Source: Ramazzottius varieornatus (Eukaryota; Animalia; Tardigrada). Taken from it: a DNA stretch of 64,000 bases. Where the stretch lies: positions 8,341,067 to 8,405,066 of the forward strand of contig BDGG01000001.1 in NCBI GenBank assembly GCA_001949185.1. Direction: 5' to 3'. The notes beneath the pieces were generated by a model that saw only the letters and a list, made by a program, of their open reading frames with translations, searched no databases and was not told the DNA's origin. A program made the translations under genes and the position numbers. This document shows positions 13,430 to 25,251 of this stretch, piece by piece. Position 1 is the stretch's first letter. Each line of letters begins with the position of its first letter.

Positions 13430-14283
13430 TCAGTTCTGTTGCCTGACAGCTGACTTTGGCTTGCAGTTCGTTCGCGGATCGTTCCAGATATAGGAACCCT
13501 GCTCAGATCCTAGAAGAGACTCCTCAACCGTTTGGCTGGGACAATTTGACTATCGAAAACTCAAAACTTACCTTCGTATTCTCCAGCTTCGACGAAAAAC
13601 TGTCGTCCAACCCAGCGGTACAGCCGAGCATTGTCCACAAACAAATATCCTCCTTGTTCAGGTGGCAGATCGTCCTCTCTTCGCGGTCTGTTTGTGATCG
13701 GTGCCGAGATCGCATATAGATTCGCACGAACAGAAAGTTGAATTTGATAGTGCAGCGATGATTTGGAGAAGACGTTATCGTGCAGGAACTGGGACACGCC
13801 AATGCAGTTTTTTAGCAGTTTCCGCGAGACCACTTTGATGGTCAGCATTTCTCGTCTGTTCCACAGCATTTTCATAATAAGATATGGCGCGCTCGTTCCC
13901 GATCCGCAAAGAGGTTCTCCGTTCATCTCCAGCAACACATCTCCCCGCTCGAGTTTCTTCTTAAACATGTGCAAACGAGGGCGTATATTCAACAGAGTAG
14001 AAATACTAACGTGTCCGATCGTCAAAAGATTGACGTCCTCCATTCCGCTTAGGACACCGAATCCGTAATAGTTCGTGTACTTAGCCGTCGTGATCAGCCC
14101 GTCCGCTTTTTTCAACCAAAGTCCTGTCCTGCACATAGTTCGCGGGAGCGGTAGGAACGAATAGGTCTTAACTTGCTCTGGAAAATTGTCCCAGTCCGCA
14201 CCGTAATCGTACTCCTCATACTCGCTGGTTTCTGATCCTTCACAGCTGCCGCTCTTTCCAGACTGTGTATTCGGAACGGCCAT
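13430..14283 (-). CDS. Short divergent MAGI-like protein (PDZ plus partial guanylate-kinase domain); exons 14283-13572 and 13509-13430
   Basis: GDVLLEMNG (PDZ), then QFL..FSKSSLHYQIQLSVRANLYAISAPITNRPRRE..YLFV..FFVEAGEYEG, matching the MAGI N-terminal pattern F.KGS.DH.LQ..IRDNLY...VP.TTR.PRE..LLE.G.YEG; canonical 62-nt intron. Confidence 0.7.
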
Positions 14284-17024
14284 TCTTAGTATGTAGACGC
14301 TTCAAACACTTCACATCTGACAAAGCAGAAGCCGACTTAAAATTTACCGATCAACGCACGAACGCTCAGAATAAACTATAAAACTGGTTAGCTGTCGAAG
14401 AACCAGCATCTGCCAAGCCTGGAAAAATCGATCAATACCTGGTACGAGATTTATCCCTTCCACACGCCCAGCCAGATTTGTCTGAGGTTCGTTTAGCATG
14501 GCGTGCGAGCGTAAGCACGATCAATATCGAATGGGAGTGACGTAATTTCTTTTGCACAGCTGGATTTGCATTCCTCCAGTCTTTGGAACGCGATCGTATA
14601 CCGCGTTTCTTGTGTTTTTATCAAGCATTCTTCGTCAAGCGTTTTGAAAGCTGCTTGGGTTGGTACAAATATCTTTACATAAATGGTGAGTTCAAGGCGA
14701 AATAACGTGCTGCACGCGGACATACGGTATGGTAACTTGCGGGTTGGGTTAACCGTTTGAAAGCGTTCCGAGTTTCGCCTTGATTAATTTAGCTCCGCCT
14801 CCCTGTGGGGAGAATTCACACAAACCCTCGGGATTGTTTTATGGTTTGTGCCAGCACATCAGGCTTACCTCGGCAAACCCCCAACATCACTGGGAAGCCG
14901 TTGGTTCCTGCGGGCTTCTCAACAGAAACATTATTTAATTTTGATGTGCAAAAAGCTCGTCCGAGCCGGGCACTGGTACTTCCGCAAGGTAGCGCAGATC
15001 ACATGTACCGAGACGCGTTCTGAAACTTCCGTTGCGAGATTTTCATCGGGGTCTGTGCGAGCCAGTATACCTATTGCCAACAGTTTTTTATTCTGAATGC
15101 TTCGGTGTTCAGAGTCCGTATGAGCTCGAGGTCACTTGGAAATTGCCAAAATTTTAGAGGTTATTTGCTCTCTAAGAGTTTAATACAAAAGACACACGGG
15201 GCTGAGATTGAAACAGCTGTAAATTCTTATGGCCATGCATTAAATACCGCCGACGACGGCATTTAACCAAACAAAACTGTTGCATTCCATCTGCTGTTTA
15301 TCAAACGCTATATTAGCCGAAGGACCGTCACGACAATCGTTTTTGCACTTGAAACGGCTCCAGTCCGTCAACAGCCTATATATTGTTCCCCACACATCTT
15401 CCGCATGCAGCTTTTACTTCCCCGTCCCGACGTAAGGCAACAAGGTACCCAGCGAAAAGTAAATGGCCGAATTCATGGAATCCTTCCGGGTATTTGACTG
15501 GAACGGGGATGGGAAGATCAGTCGCAATGGATTGCGCAGTGTTTCAAAGCCCGGACCAGCACTTTGAGGAAGAGGAGATATCGGAGATGATAACGGGTGC
15601 TGACTTTGACGAGTTATTGCTTTGGTTACGTCGGGCTTCTGACCTGTTTAAACGTTCTTACTGTAACATCGGTTATTTCCCGGAGCGAGTTTCACTGGGA
15701 TCATGCGAGGAAAAAAAGCATTTTGCAGCGCTGCCCGCGCATGTATTTGCGGGGAAAGTACTGTGGACTTTTGAGTTGCCCGCCCCAGCATAGGAAATCC
15801 TCCTTGTCTGCTGTGAGGATGGAAGTACGAACCTGTACGGTAGAAGTTAGAACCAGCGGCGGAACCAGTGTAGAGTGGTCAAACGAAGTCTCTGTTTCTT
15901 TTGCTCGTATTTCCTAATTATTTAGCGTCTCGCTTGAGTTCGTCCCATACTGAAAAACAGAACAATTGTTCTTCGAATTCTCCCGTTCAGCTTCGTTAAA
16001 TCGATTAGAATAACGGAGTACGGTACTGCAGGTTTCGTCTGGTGTGTTGCGAACTTGCGGTCCTTGCCTCCTTGCCGCACCCAACTACGCTCGGATCTTG
16101 GGAGTGTCCTTACTGTGCAAAGACGTTACCACAGTGCTTGCTAGCCCCCCCCCCCCCACCCCCGCACAGGGCGCGGGTGCTCAGCGCGGCAGCGGACGAG
16201 CAGCGAAGCAGCTAGCTGTTCGGACACACTCTGACGTAACTACTGAAAACCAAATGATTTTCTTGATTTATGAATCCTGATCTTCGCCGATTTTTCGGCT
16301 CGTGTCGGTTGCATGTTCGGGTAAGTCCAGGGCAAGGGCTAACGCGGAGAAGCTGATCCTTAGGGGTGGATGACTGTTTGAAAATGGCGGAATCGGATCA
16401 GAACGACAGGCCAGCGATGAAGCAGAAAATGGCGGAGGCAAGCTGCGCGGAAACAGTGGTGCTCGGAGAGGTCAGGATACAAGCACGCAGAGTGAAGGTC
16501 AAGTGTTTCGTCAAAGGTCAAAAACTTGTCTAGCTTTGGATCACACCTATCATTTTCTGATTGGCTCTTTTCTGCACTGTAATTGAACACTAAGGAAACG
16601 TCTGCAAAAGGATGCATCCATGTAAGGCTACCCAGGAGGTTTACAGTTGTTCTGGCGTTTGTAACCATAGGTTTTCAAAGATCAAGATGTTTCAGCCACT
16701 TCCGTTTACCCTAGAAAACGGCAGATAAAAACTTATTTTGTGTGTCCTATTGAAAGCAAACACAAACGAACGGTGTTTCATCACGTAAACGTCGTAAAGT
16801 TGAGATAAGACGCAGCCTTGTCGTCCGCAAACTTTTTTTCTCATGGTGAACAAGCTTTATGAAGGAGCGGTCCATGTGTGCAATTTTTATATCACCTCTG
16901 TGGTTGCAATTAAAAGTAGTTTGGTTTTTTCTGCAATCGATGCAGTATTGTAGTTTACTTCCTGGACCCTAAGTTAAAGAGGTGAAGTTGTCGGTGATCC
17001 ATTTTTATCCTGACCTTTGACCTC

Positions 17025-18136
17025 TTCGAGCACTACTGCGCGGAAACGTCGACAGAGCCAGATGAAGAAGACTCGCAGAGTCCCTTCACAGTTCGAGAAC
17101 TTTTCCATCGCATTCCACTTCCAGTGCTGGAGGAAACATTCGACTATCTGGAATTTCGACAATGCAGAAGACTAGGCGGGTGCGTCAAACTCGAGAACAA
17201 ACGCATTCCGATAACCTTTCAAAGCCGCGCATGACGTCATCAGTATTCCGGCTCCTGAAATTTTGTTCACACGCTCGCATCGTGATGCGCGGTATAACTG
17301 TTGCTCTATGTTGTGTTTATAGGTCTTTCCCGAGTTGGTTGCCTTTGTTGGCTAGAAATCCAGCTCGAAGCGAAGGCATGGCCTTTATGGAGAAGCCTGT
17401 TCGTGAGAAAGATGAACTCACAGTAGCCAGTCGGGAGGTGGATCACGTAGACTGCTCCGACAGCACCGGCATTGAGAATCCGCCATACTTTCTGAACCGT
17501 CTCAACCATACTTTCTCGACTGGGTCATGTCAGGAAGGGTGGGCCGACTCCTTCTTGCCAAGCCACGCTGCTTTCCGTCAACTGGTCTTCGTAGAAGGTA
17601 CCATATCACTGCAATGCAACTGTCTAGATAACCCTCTGATGTCATTTCCCACAGTGAGGAAACTGACATACGTTAGAGGAAGGTTTGAAGGGAAGGGCGA
17701 ATGGAGTAACGTGACCCGGTTGGACCCTTCGTTCCTCGAGTCGATTACCTTCACCGACTGTTCTTGCGATTTCTACCGTACGCAGATACCTGTGCATTCG
17801 CAACTTGAATACTGGGAAAACACTCTCGAGACGTTACAAACCTCGCCCGCCACTGTGACTGGCTCATGTGGAGTTGTCCAGTTCTCCATCACGTAGAACA
17901 AGCTACAGGTGCCCTTCTTCCAAGTGCAACTACCGCCCAGCGGAGCTTTTGTCCGGCAGCAACTGGACAGAATGAAGCTCATAGGGCCGTATGCTAACGA
18001 GCAACTTCAGTGGCTACTGGACTCCCTGAAGAACCTGGATTCCAGAGCATTGGAAATGGTCAAGAACGCTGACGAAACTTGGCAAACCAGGAAATACGTT
18101 GAATCGACGATCCTGTCATTCTGGGCTCGGAGCTAG
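17025..18136 (+). pseudogene. F-box protein gene, probable pseudogene
   Basis: F-box-like LFHRIPLPVLEETFDYLEFRQCRRLG splices in frame (intron 17180-17322) to SFPSW; in-frame TAG at 17894-17896; no start codon found; possible further exon 18513-18765. Confidence 0.55.
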
Positions 18137-18139
18137 GCG

Positions 18140-18450
18140 AACAAACTTGGCAAGATAGGGTTCCCAAGCGGCGCACATTTCCAGCCATTAACGCCACGAA
18201 CGTGCGCCACTTGGGAAACAGCCAAATCGAGCTTTCCAAGTGGCGCACGTTTTCAGTCAATGGCCCTGTTTCGTAAGTCATGTTCTCGCCCGAAATTGTA
18301 TGAAATCATGTGATTTTATACGATTCAAATTCTATGCAAAAAAACGTTTCGCAGTCGGCGACATAAATGATGAAAGCATGACTTGCGAAACAGGCCCAAT
18401 ATCGATAACACTGAGTCCGTGCGCCACTTGGGCCAGCGATCTTGTCAAGG
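18140..18450. repeat. Two tandem GTGGCGCAC palindromic elements, second interrupted by a MITE
   Basis: Arms near 18163/18202 and 18235/18419. Confidence 0.85.
18262..18397. mobile_element. 136-bp PIF/Harbinger-type MITE
   Basis: TIR ggccctgtttcgtaagtcatg / catgacttgcgaaacaggccc, 3-bp TSD aat. Confidence 0.75.
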
Positions 18451-18899
18451 TTTTGCAGAGGTGCCAGTTCTTATCAAAAGTGGTTTCTTTTCTTACCATG
18501 TTCTAAACGTAGGCCCAGGGTGTACTAGGAAGGCACCGGAGGCCAGATGATCTCGCACAGAAGCCAGGTGTGGGTTAATCAACTGGACAAGCTGGACCTG
18601 ACGGCCAGCGCGACGTGCAACGCTCGGAAGCTCACTTTTCTGGATAAGGCTTTTCTTGGAAGGCTTCTCACTGCTATGCACAGCATCAAACCAGTTCCAA
18701 ACGTTGAACTTCCCCCGCAAGCTTTTCCTAATGACTTCAGAATCTGTTTTGAAGAAACGATGTAATTTATCTTTGAATTTTTCGGTGTGATTATTTTCAT
18801 TTCCATTTCCTAGAAGATCGTCATGATGTTCCTTTGTTTGATCCATTTCTCTAGTTTACCCATTCGGAATTCCGGACAGAAAATACACTGAATCTCCGC

Positions 18900-18997
18900 A
18901 AACAAAGTCGGCAATATCATTTCTCCAGGTGGCGCACGTTACTGGCCAATAACACGGAATGTGTCCGCCACTTGGGAAAACGATCTTGTCGAGTTTC
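18900..18997. repeat. GTGGCGCAC-N25 palindromic element
   Basis: ccaggtggcgcac-25 nt-gtccgccacttgggaaaacgatcttgtcgagttt. Confidence 0.85.
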
Positions 18998-19802
18998 CAA
19001 ACGAATGAAATCGCATCCGAGTAGCAGAAACGCGGTCGGATACTGTATAGAAGAACGTCTGAAAGTAGGACTTGTCAACAAACGATGTCCGGAGTGTTAA
19101 TCGATGATGCCATTTATTCTGGCGAGTAATCCGAAAAAAATTGGACAGGCTCTTTAGAATTTATGCCGCCATTATCGGAGACGAAGACAAGTTTACCAAG
19201 GTCGGCGAGCGCACTTTTCCTCCCCGCATCCGCAATGAGGGCTCTACAACGTCAACTTAGTCTCAACAATCAATTTGCGTTTCGGATAACAGCGTCTGTG
19301 TTTGCCACCAACCAGCCAGCGTTACTTGGGTCCTCGGCATCCCTCAAAGTACCCTTGAACTTTCACTGCGATTGTCTAAGAGTGAGCCGAGTAAATGTCG
19401 GCGACCATGAAGAATGACAGAGTATCGATCGAAAGGAAGCTTGGGTGTGGCGCATGAATTCACTTGTCCGCCCCTCTTCTTTTTCCTCCCTTGTTCGCGG
19501 GTTTGCGGAACGCGCTTTTGTGGTTCTCTACGATCTCATGGTGCTTGACAAAGCTCATAGATTATTTAGCACAATAGCCTGTGCTGAACCGGGAGTCGAC
19601 CCTTTGTTTGCTCCACGATGATTCACAGGAAAACTTCATGGCTCAATGTAATCGGATAAATATCCTCCTTTATGGGTCGCAATCGATCAGAAGAACTGCA
19701 GAAGCCGCTTTATCGTCGATCACATGACTCAAGAACCTGCCAAACGGACACCATCGATGATCAAAAAGCAGCACAAACGAAGCACAGTGTGAGAATTGGG
19801 AT

Positions 19803-19880
19803 AACAAATTTGACAACACTGTTTTCTGATCTGGCGCACTGGTGAGGTGTTTTTCGGCCAAGCCTGCGCCACTTAATGTG
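19803..19880. repeat. GTGGCGCAC palindromic element
   Basis: ctggcgcac-24 nt-ctgcgccactt, left outer arm aaatttgacaacactgtttt. Confidence 0.7.
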
Positions 19881-20769
19881 AAATGATTTGATTGAGTCCG
19901 ATTGTATGTCTCAAACAACCTACAGACTAATTCATCCAGAGACCAGAATCCTCAAATTGTGGATGGAAAGGAAAATATTGAGTTAAGATTGCGAATGAAA
20001 AGGAAGACCTTGATTACTCATCCGGCCGACAGTCTTTGTCCTTTGTTGAAATTGATGGGATGCTATCGGAAACCGATACAGGTTTGGGTGGAGGCTTGAA
20101 TTCGCCTTGCTTACTTCCTCGTGTCGGACACCGAGTTGAAACATCAAACATGTGCAAAGCTGCTGCTGGGAAAGCCTGTGGGTTTGGAGAACCTTTACTG
20201 CGGGCGGTGAAGAGGTTTTCTCGAGAGAACCCGCAGACAGAGGAGAGGAGCTTACGCTCTCTCGTGGGGAACTTCGGAGGGAACCAGCTACTAGAAATTA
20301 GATGGTTAAATGAGGGCGCAGTGGGAGAGGAGTGAGTAACGCTCTCGCTTCCTACGTACGTACAGCTGGCGAAGAGCTTCTCTGGCAATATGCATTGCGA
20401 AGGGAGTGTTATCGCTCAGCTGATCAATATTGTTTTGTTTGATCTGGATGTGCTCGGATTGCGAGGAGTTGCGCGAGGCTGGTATCGATTTTTCGCGGTG
20501 CTCTTGTCACTCCGTCGTGCTGTCTGCATCCCCTAAGTACTCCACTACATGGATTGGATGGATGAGATTCCCCCTCCCGTCAAAGCTCTCTCACAGTTGC
20601 ACTTTGCCCAGTTTGAGATTACACATCGAGCAAAGTGAGTTTACGTATAGTAAACCCATTCCGATTACCAAATGCTAAAAGCTCTTGCATCGTTATTCTG
20701 TCTCTCCGATCCTTCTTTCGTGTATTTAGTTTCCTTGTTGACAGTCTATATTGTCTCGTCAGCCAATCA

Positions 20770-21567
20770 ATGGTTCAGAAAGGCCACAGTAGTCCTGTGG
20801 TCGCGCGGCACCTGCAGCCTGACCAGCAGTCACCCCGACATCGTCGCGCACGAGAAATGTCGGTGGTCTCCGACCTGGATTCTGTCAAGTCTGTACCTTT
20901 ATCCGTATCTACCATCACCTCCGACCCTTCCTCGGATGTGACGATAGAAAGTGGTTATGAAACCATCACCGACGTTGTCTCCAAGGGGACCTTATGGTAT
21001 TACAAGCCCCGCTGGTTCGGGGAGAGTTGGCGCATGTATGATGCCGTTTTGACGACCAACGGAGTCTTCAGCTGGTACAAAAGAGGAAGTGATCCCGCTG
21101 AACTGGAAGGCAGCCTAGCCCTGAAAAGTATTCCCAACGGCCTGATAACGATTGGTTCATCCACCCAGAATATTCCCAAAGAACAACAAGTGCGGTTCCC
21201 TAAAGATTTTACATTCTCCTCGGCCATCGCCATCGGGGAGCCCTACAACTCAGGGGAGATTTTCTGGTTTCTTGCCCCCTCACCGGACATGACAGGGATA
21301 TGGCAGCAAGGCTTCAGGGAAGTCGTCCAGAGCGAAAAGTTCAGCACGGGAGCCTCCGTCTTTTCCGCCTGGAAAAAGTACAGTCCCGAAAGACCCAGCC
21401 AAACTCAAACTGAACCTGCCAAAGAAGGATGGAATGGCGTTGAAGGTATGCGAACACTACCGCTGGTCGCTTGGTTACACAACACCAGCTTTTCAAGTTC
21501 AAGTTTCATGGATGTCTGTGACGCAACCGAGATGAAACAGTTTCCCATTCGACCACGCGAACAGTAA
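20770..21567 (+). CDS. PH-domain protein, 265 aa, single coding exon
   Basis: SKGTLWYYKPRWFGESWRMYDAVLTTNGVFSWYK..FWFLAPSPDMTGIWQQGF: PH beta1-3 pattern and terminal Trp helix. Confidence 0.75.
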   Translation: MVQKGHSSPVVARHLQPDQQSPRHRRAREMSVVSDLDSVKSVPLSVSTITSDPSSDVTIESGYETITDVVSKGTLWYYKPRWFGESWRMYDAVLTTNGVFSWYKRGSDPAELEGSLALKSIPNGLITIGSSTQNIPKEQQVRFPKDFTFSSAIAIGEPYNSGEIFWFLAPSPDMTGIWQQGFREVVQSEKFSTGASVFSAWKKYSPERPSQTQTEPAKEGWNGVEGMRTLPLVAWLHNTSFSSSSFMDVCDATEMKQFPIRPREQ

Positions 21568-23311
21568 AGCCGTCTCGCTGACGTCCTGCGCCGGTCTGAG
21601 GCTTCTCTGGTATAATGGCACTGTCCAACTTTTCACTGCGACCAAGTACGAAGGCTGGAAATGCATAGCTATTTTATGTAACGAGCAAGTTGCGTGAAAA
21701 GTGCTCTTATGACTAGTATTGAAGGAACCACGAGATGACAAATTGACTGTAACGTCAATTGAAGGGTTCGGATGGCCTGAAGAAGAAAGGAAGAAAATAA
21801 TGGCTAGTCATTTGAGAAACTCAGCGCCATAGCTCTTCCTCTTGCCATCGCCTTTCGCGAACCTTGTGAAGCTTTCGACTACACAGCATCAAGCCTCCTC
21901 CTTTCCAACTTTAAAGCGTTAAAGAAACAGATCGGTTCAAATTAAAATTAGTATCCAGGTTAGTGTAGCGAAGGCAGTTTGTCGGATCCGGATACGAATG
22001 TAATAGCCACAGATTTCCGGAATTGAAGTTATAAATCAGGATACGCGTATTTATTTTGCTCAAAAATATTCAATGATCTGGCTGGTAATGGAGGGGAGCG
22101 CTCTGATTAAATCAGTGAGTAAACTAAGTAACGAAAGAGCACATGCCGTTCTTTGAAGGTTTAAGTAGGTGGAGGAAGAGGCGGAAGAGCGACCGTGGCT
22201 CTTCTTTCCATTGTGGCACTCTAATCCCTATTACATCAGTCCACATTCGCAAGATACATATTGACTCTTGCTGACGCTCTGTTCTTTTCTCTCCTTTGCA
22301 GCTGCCGTCGTGCTGGCCTTGGATTTTGCAATGTAGGAAAAGTGAAGAGTCCTTTTGCAAAACCACACATGCAAGATTCCTTTCTTCATTCGATCAACGC
22401 TCCTTTGCAGTTCGGGACCCGATGTCAGCTGCGCTTTGTGATCCTTCCTTTGGCGGAGGGACTTTTTTCCTCTCTGGTTGAACGCTGTGGTGTCTCACTT
22501 GAGAGACGACGCTAATGTAATTGGCCATGGCTGCTTGCTGCCGAGTTCGGAAAAGAAACCTCCGAGCTCTACCACTTTTTTTTGGTGCCGTGCACAGCAT
22601 TTCCTTCTTACTTTCTCTCACACCACTGTTATACAGTTAGCCTGGATGTTCTCACTCATTTTCTAAATGCACGATGCGGTGATTGGACACTTTAATGCGT
22701 GTTTATTCCCTGGGTACTAATCGACTTTGTTACATTAGATCAATACCGCAAACATAACGCTACTTTGAGACTGAAACAATTTGCTTCCGCTGACAGAGTG
22801 CCACCGTTGACTTCATTGACATTGAATACGAGTATTACGTAAACCCCAGTTTTTCTCGGAAAATGGACTCGAAAGTTTCTGTACATCTTGAGCCAAAGCG
22901 TACATAATTCCTGCAAAGCAAATCAAGATCGCTGTGTCTTCCACGTGTTCCAGTACCAACGAACGACCGTGACATTCGAGAAGAATGAAAATAAAATCGT
23001 TTCCGGTATACTTAATTCACGTCGCGCAAGATCGCATACGTAAAGGTTAGCGCATTGCGTGGGTTTATCGGAGAAGTAGGGTGAAATCAAGATGGACTTC
23101 GAGTTCTTCGCCCCTGACTGACCTAATCTGCCGTCCGACTTTGCGACTTTGATTTTCGTGCAAGTGGTGGAACAGAAGCCTGTGTTCAAACTAAAGCTAC
23201 CGTTCCAAAGCAGATACTTGCAAATGTGTTTTTTTCTATTTTCTGACCGGAAGAAGATCAATTATCACACGTTTCGCCCTGCAGATTTGCTTGACTCGCT
23301 TCCTTGTTACA

Positions 23312-24718
23312 ATGGAGAATTCTACCGACAAGGCTTCAGACGAGTTGACTGCAAACTCCACTGCCGTTGACTGGTCCATCTTCCCTCCGATGAAAAATGA
23401 TTTGATACTTCGAGCAGCATTTGGTGAGCGAGTCGAGCGGATCCCTGTGTGGATCATGCGTCAAGCTGGGCGCTATCTGCCGGAGTTTCGCGAAGCGCGT
23501 GCTGAGCACGACTTTTTCCGTGTGGTGGAAACACCGGAACTGGCTTGTAAGGTGACGCTGCAACCCATTGATAGGTTTCCGTTGGACGCGTCCATTATCT
23601 TCTCCGACATTCTGGTTGTGCCACAAGCACTGGGCATGGAAGTGCTGATGGTTCCTGGCAAGGGCCCGACCTTCCCGCAACCCCTCGCCGTGCCGGCGGA
23701 TCTGGACAAGTTGAGGCCCGACGTTGACGTCAATCAAGCTCTAGGTTACGTGATGAAAGCCATTACGCTAACGCGTCAACGCCTCGAGGGAAGAGTACCA
23801 CTAATTGGCTTTTCCGGTGCACCTTGGACCTTGCTCAGCTATATGATCGAGGGAGGCGGCAGTAACACGCAGTCTCGTGCAAAGAAATGGCTTTATGTTT
23901 ACCCGGAAGCCGCGAAGAAACTCCTCGGAATGCTGACCAGAGTCATCGGTGATTACTTGGTCGCCCAAGTCGAAGCAGGCGCTCAAATGCTTCAGGTGAG
24001 AAAACCACAAACAGTGCATGGTAACACCGCATAAAAATGCCGCTGCTTCAGATGCAGCTGTCATCTACCTGACGCTACTGCGGTTATCAAGATGAAAACA
24101 TGCGACATACTGCACTACGGCAAAGCAGAATTGGTGGCGGTTAAACTTGGAAAGGTTTCTTTTGGTTTCAAAAAATCAACAAATTAAAAGGGTGCGAAGA
24201 ACGCCAAGAGCAGCAAGTGTCTCTGTATCGAAATAATTCTTTCTTTGAATAATCATCAGCTTTTAATCTTATTCCAGGTATTCGAATCGCATGGAGGATA
24301 TCTGACCAAAGAGCTCTTCATGGAGTTCGCTTATCCGTATCTTGCCGAAATCCGACAGAATGTCAAGGATCGGTTGGAAAAGAAAGGTTTCAGAATTCCA
24401 ATGGTTATCTTCGGCAAGGACTGTCATTACGTGACAAAGGAGATATGCAGTTTAGGGTACGAGGTTGTGGGTCTAGACTGGACCATCGATCCTGCCGGAG
24501 TTCGCCAAATGGATAGTAGTTTCACACTACAGGGCAATCTTGATCCTTGTGCATTGTACAGTCCGCCGGAACAGCTGCGTCAACTAACAAGGCAGATGGT
24601 AGACAAGTTCGGTCCACAGCGATACATTGCTAATCTTGGCCATGGCATTTACCCAGACATGGACCCCGACAATGTCAAGGTGTTTATCGACGCGGTTCAT
24701 TCCTATCCTCTTCAATAA
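23312..24718 (+). CDS. UROD: Uroporphyrinogen decarboxylase, 374 aa; exons 23312-23995 and 24278-24718
   Basis: [46 protein letters not shown]; canonical phase-0 intron. Confidence 0.98.
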
Positions 24719-24823
24719 TGTCTCTTATTTTCATATTCAAACTCCTCTGAATTCAAACTGTATTTTTAATTTTCCAGTGCGAAAATTTCGCCAGGTTGAA
24801 CAAAGCAGCATGGTATTAATATA

Positions 24824-24982
24824 CTGTAGCGCTAACAAATTATCGCGCACTCGACCACGTGAACGACCACGTGAATGATGCCCCGGGTGAGAGTCATTGA
24901 GGCTACAATGATTGATCTGATCGTGCTGGGCAACGATGACTCCTCACGTGGTTGAGTGCGCGATAATTTGGTAGCACTACAG
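24824..24982. mobile_element. 159-bp MITE
   Basis: ~39-bp imperfect TIR ctgtagcgctaacaaattatcgcgcactcgaccacgtga and its complement, TA flanks. Confidence 0.8.
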
Positions 24983-24984
24983 TA

Positions 24985-25251
24985 CACGCACGACGGGAAA
25001 TTAAGGGGCCAGTAAAAATTATGGCCTTTTCGCTACGGCGGTACGGAAGCACGTACCTACGTGAGTGATTCATAGTAATGCACTTTTGAACACTTTTCTA
25101 CGTTTGAATTTCCATTTTGCCGTCTTTTTCGCCTGGCCCCATAATTTTTACTGGTCCCATAATTTTTACTGGCCCCATAATTTCCCGTCGTGCGTTTACT
25201 GGCCCCATAATTTCCCGTCGTGCGTTTACTGGCCCCATAATTTCCCGTCGT
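24985..25251. mobile_element. MITE whose right TIR is tandemly triplicated
   Basis: Left acgcacgacgggaaattaaggggccagtaaa; right three copies of 30-bp tttactggccccataatttcccgtcgtgcg. Confidence 0.75.

Noticed and set aside
15383-15917. Overlapping 136 and 106 aa ORFs
   Set aside because: No recognisable motif or splice support
18060-18506. Short ORFs sharing PKWRT, VRHL or CATW peptides as a protein family
   Set aside because: They are translations of the non-coding palindromic element
23312-24718. UROD as bacterial hemE transfer
   Set aside because: Animal-type sequence with a spliceosomal intron
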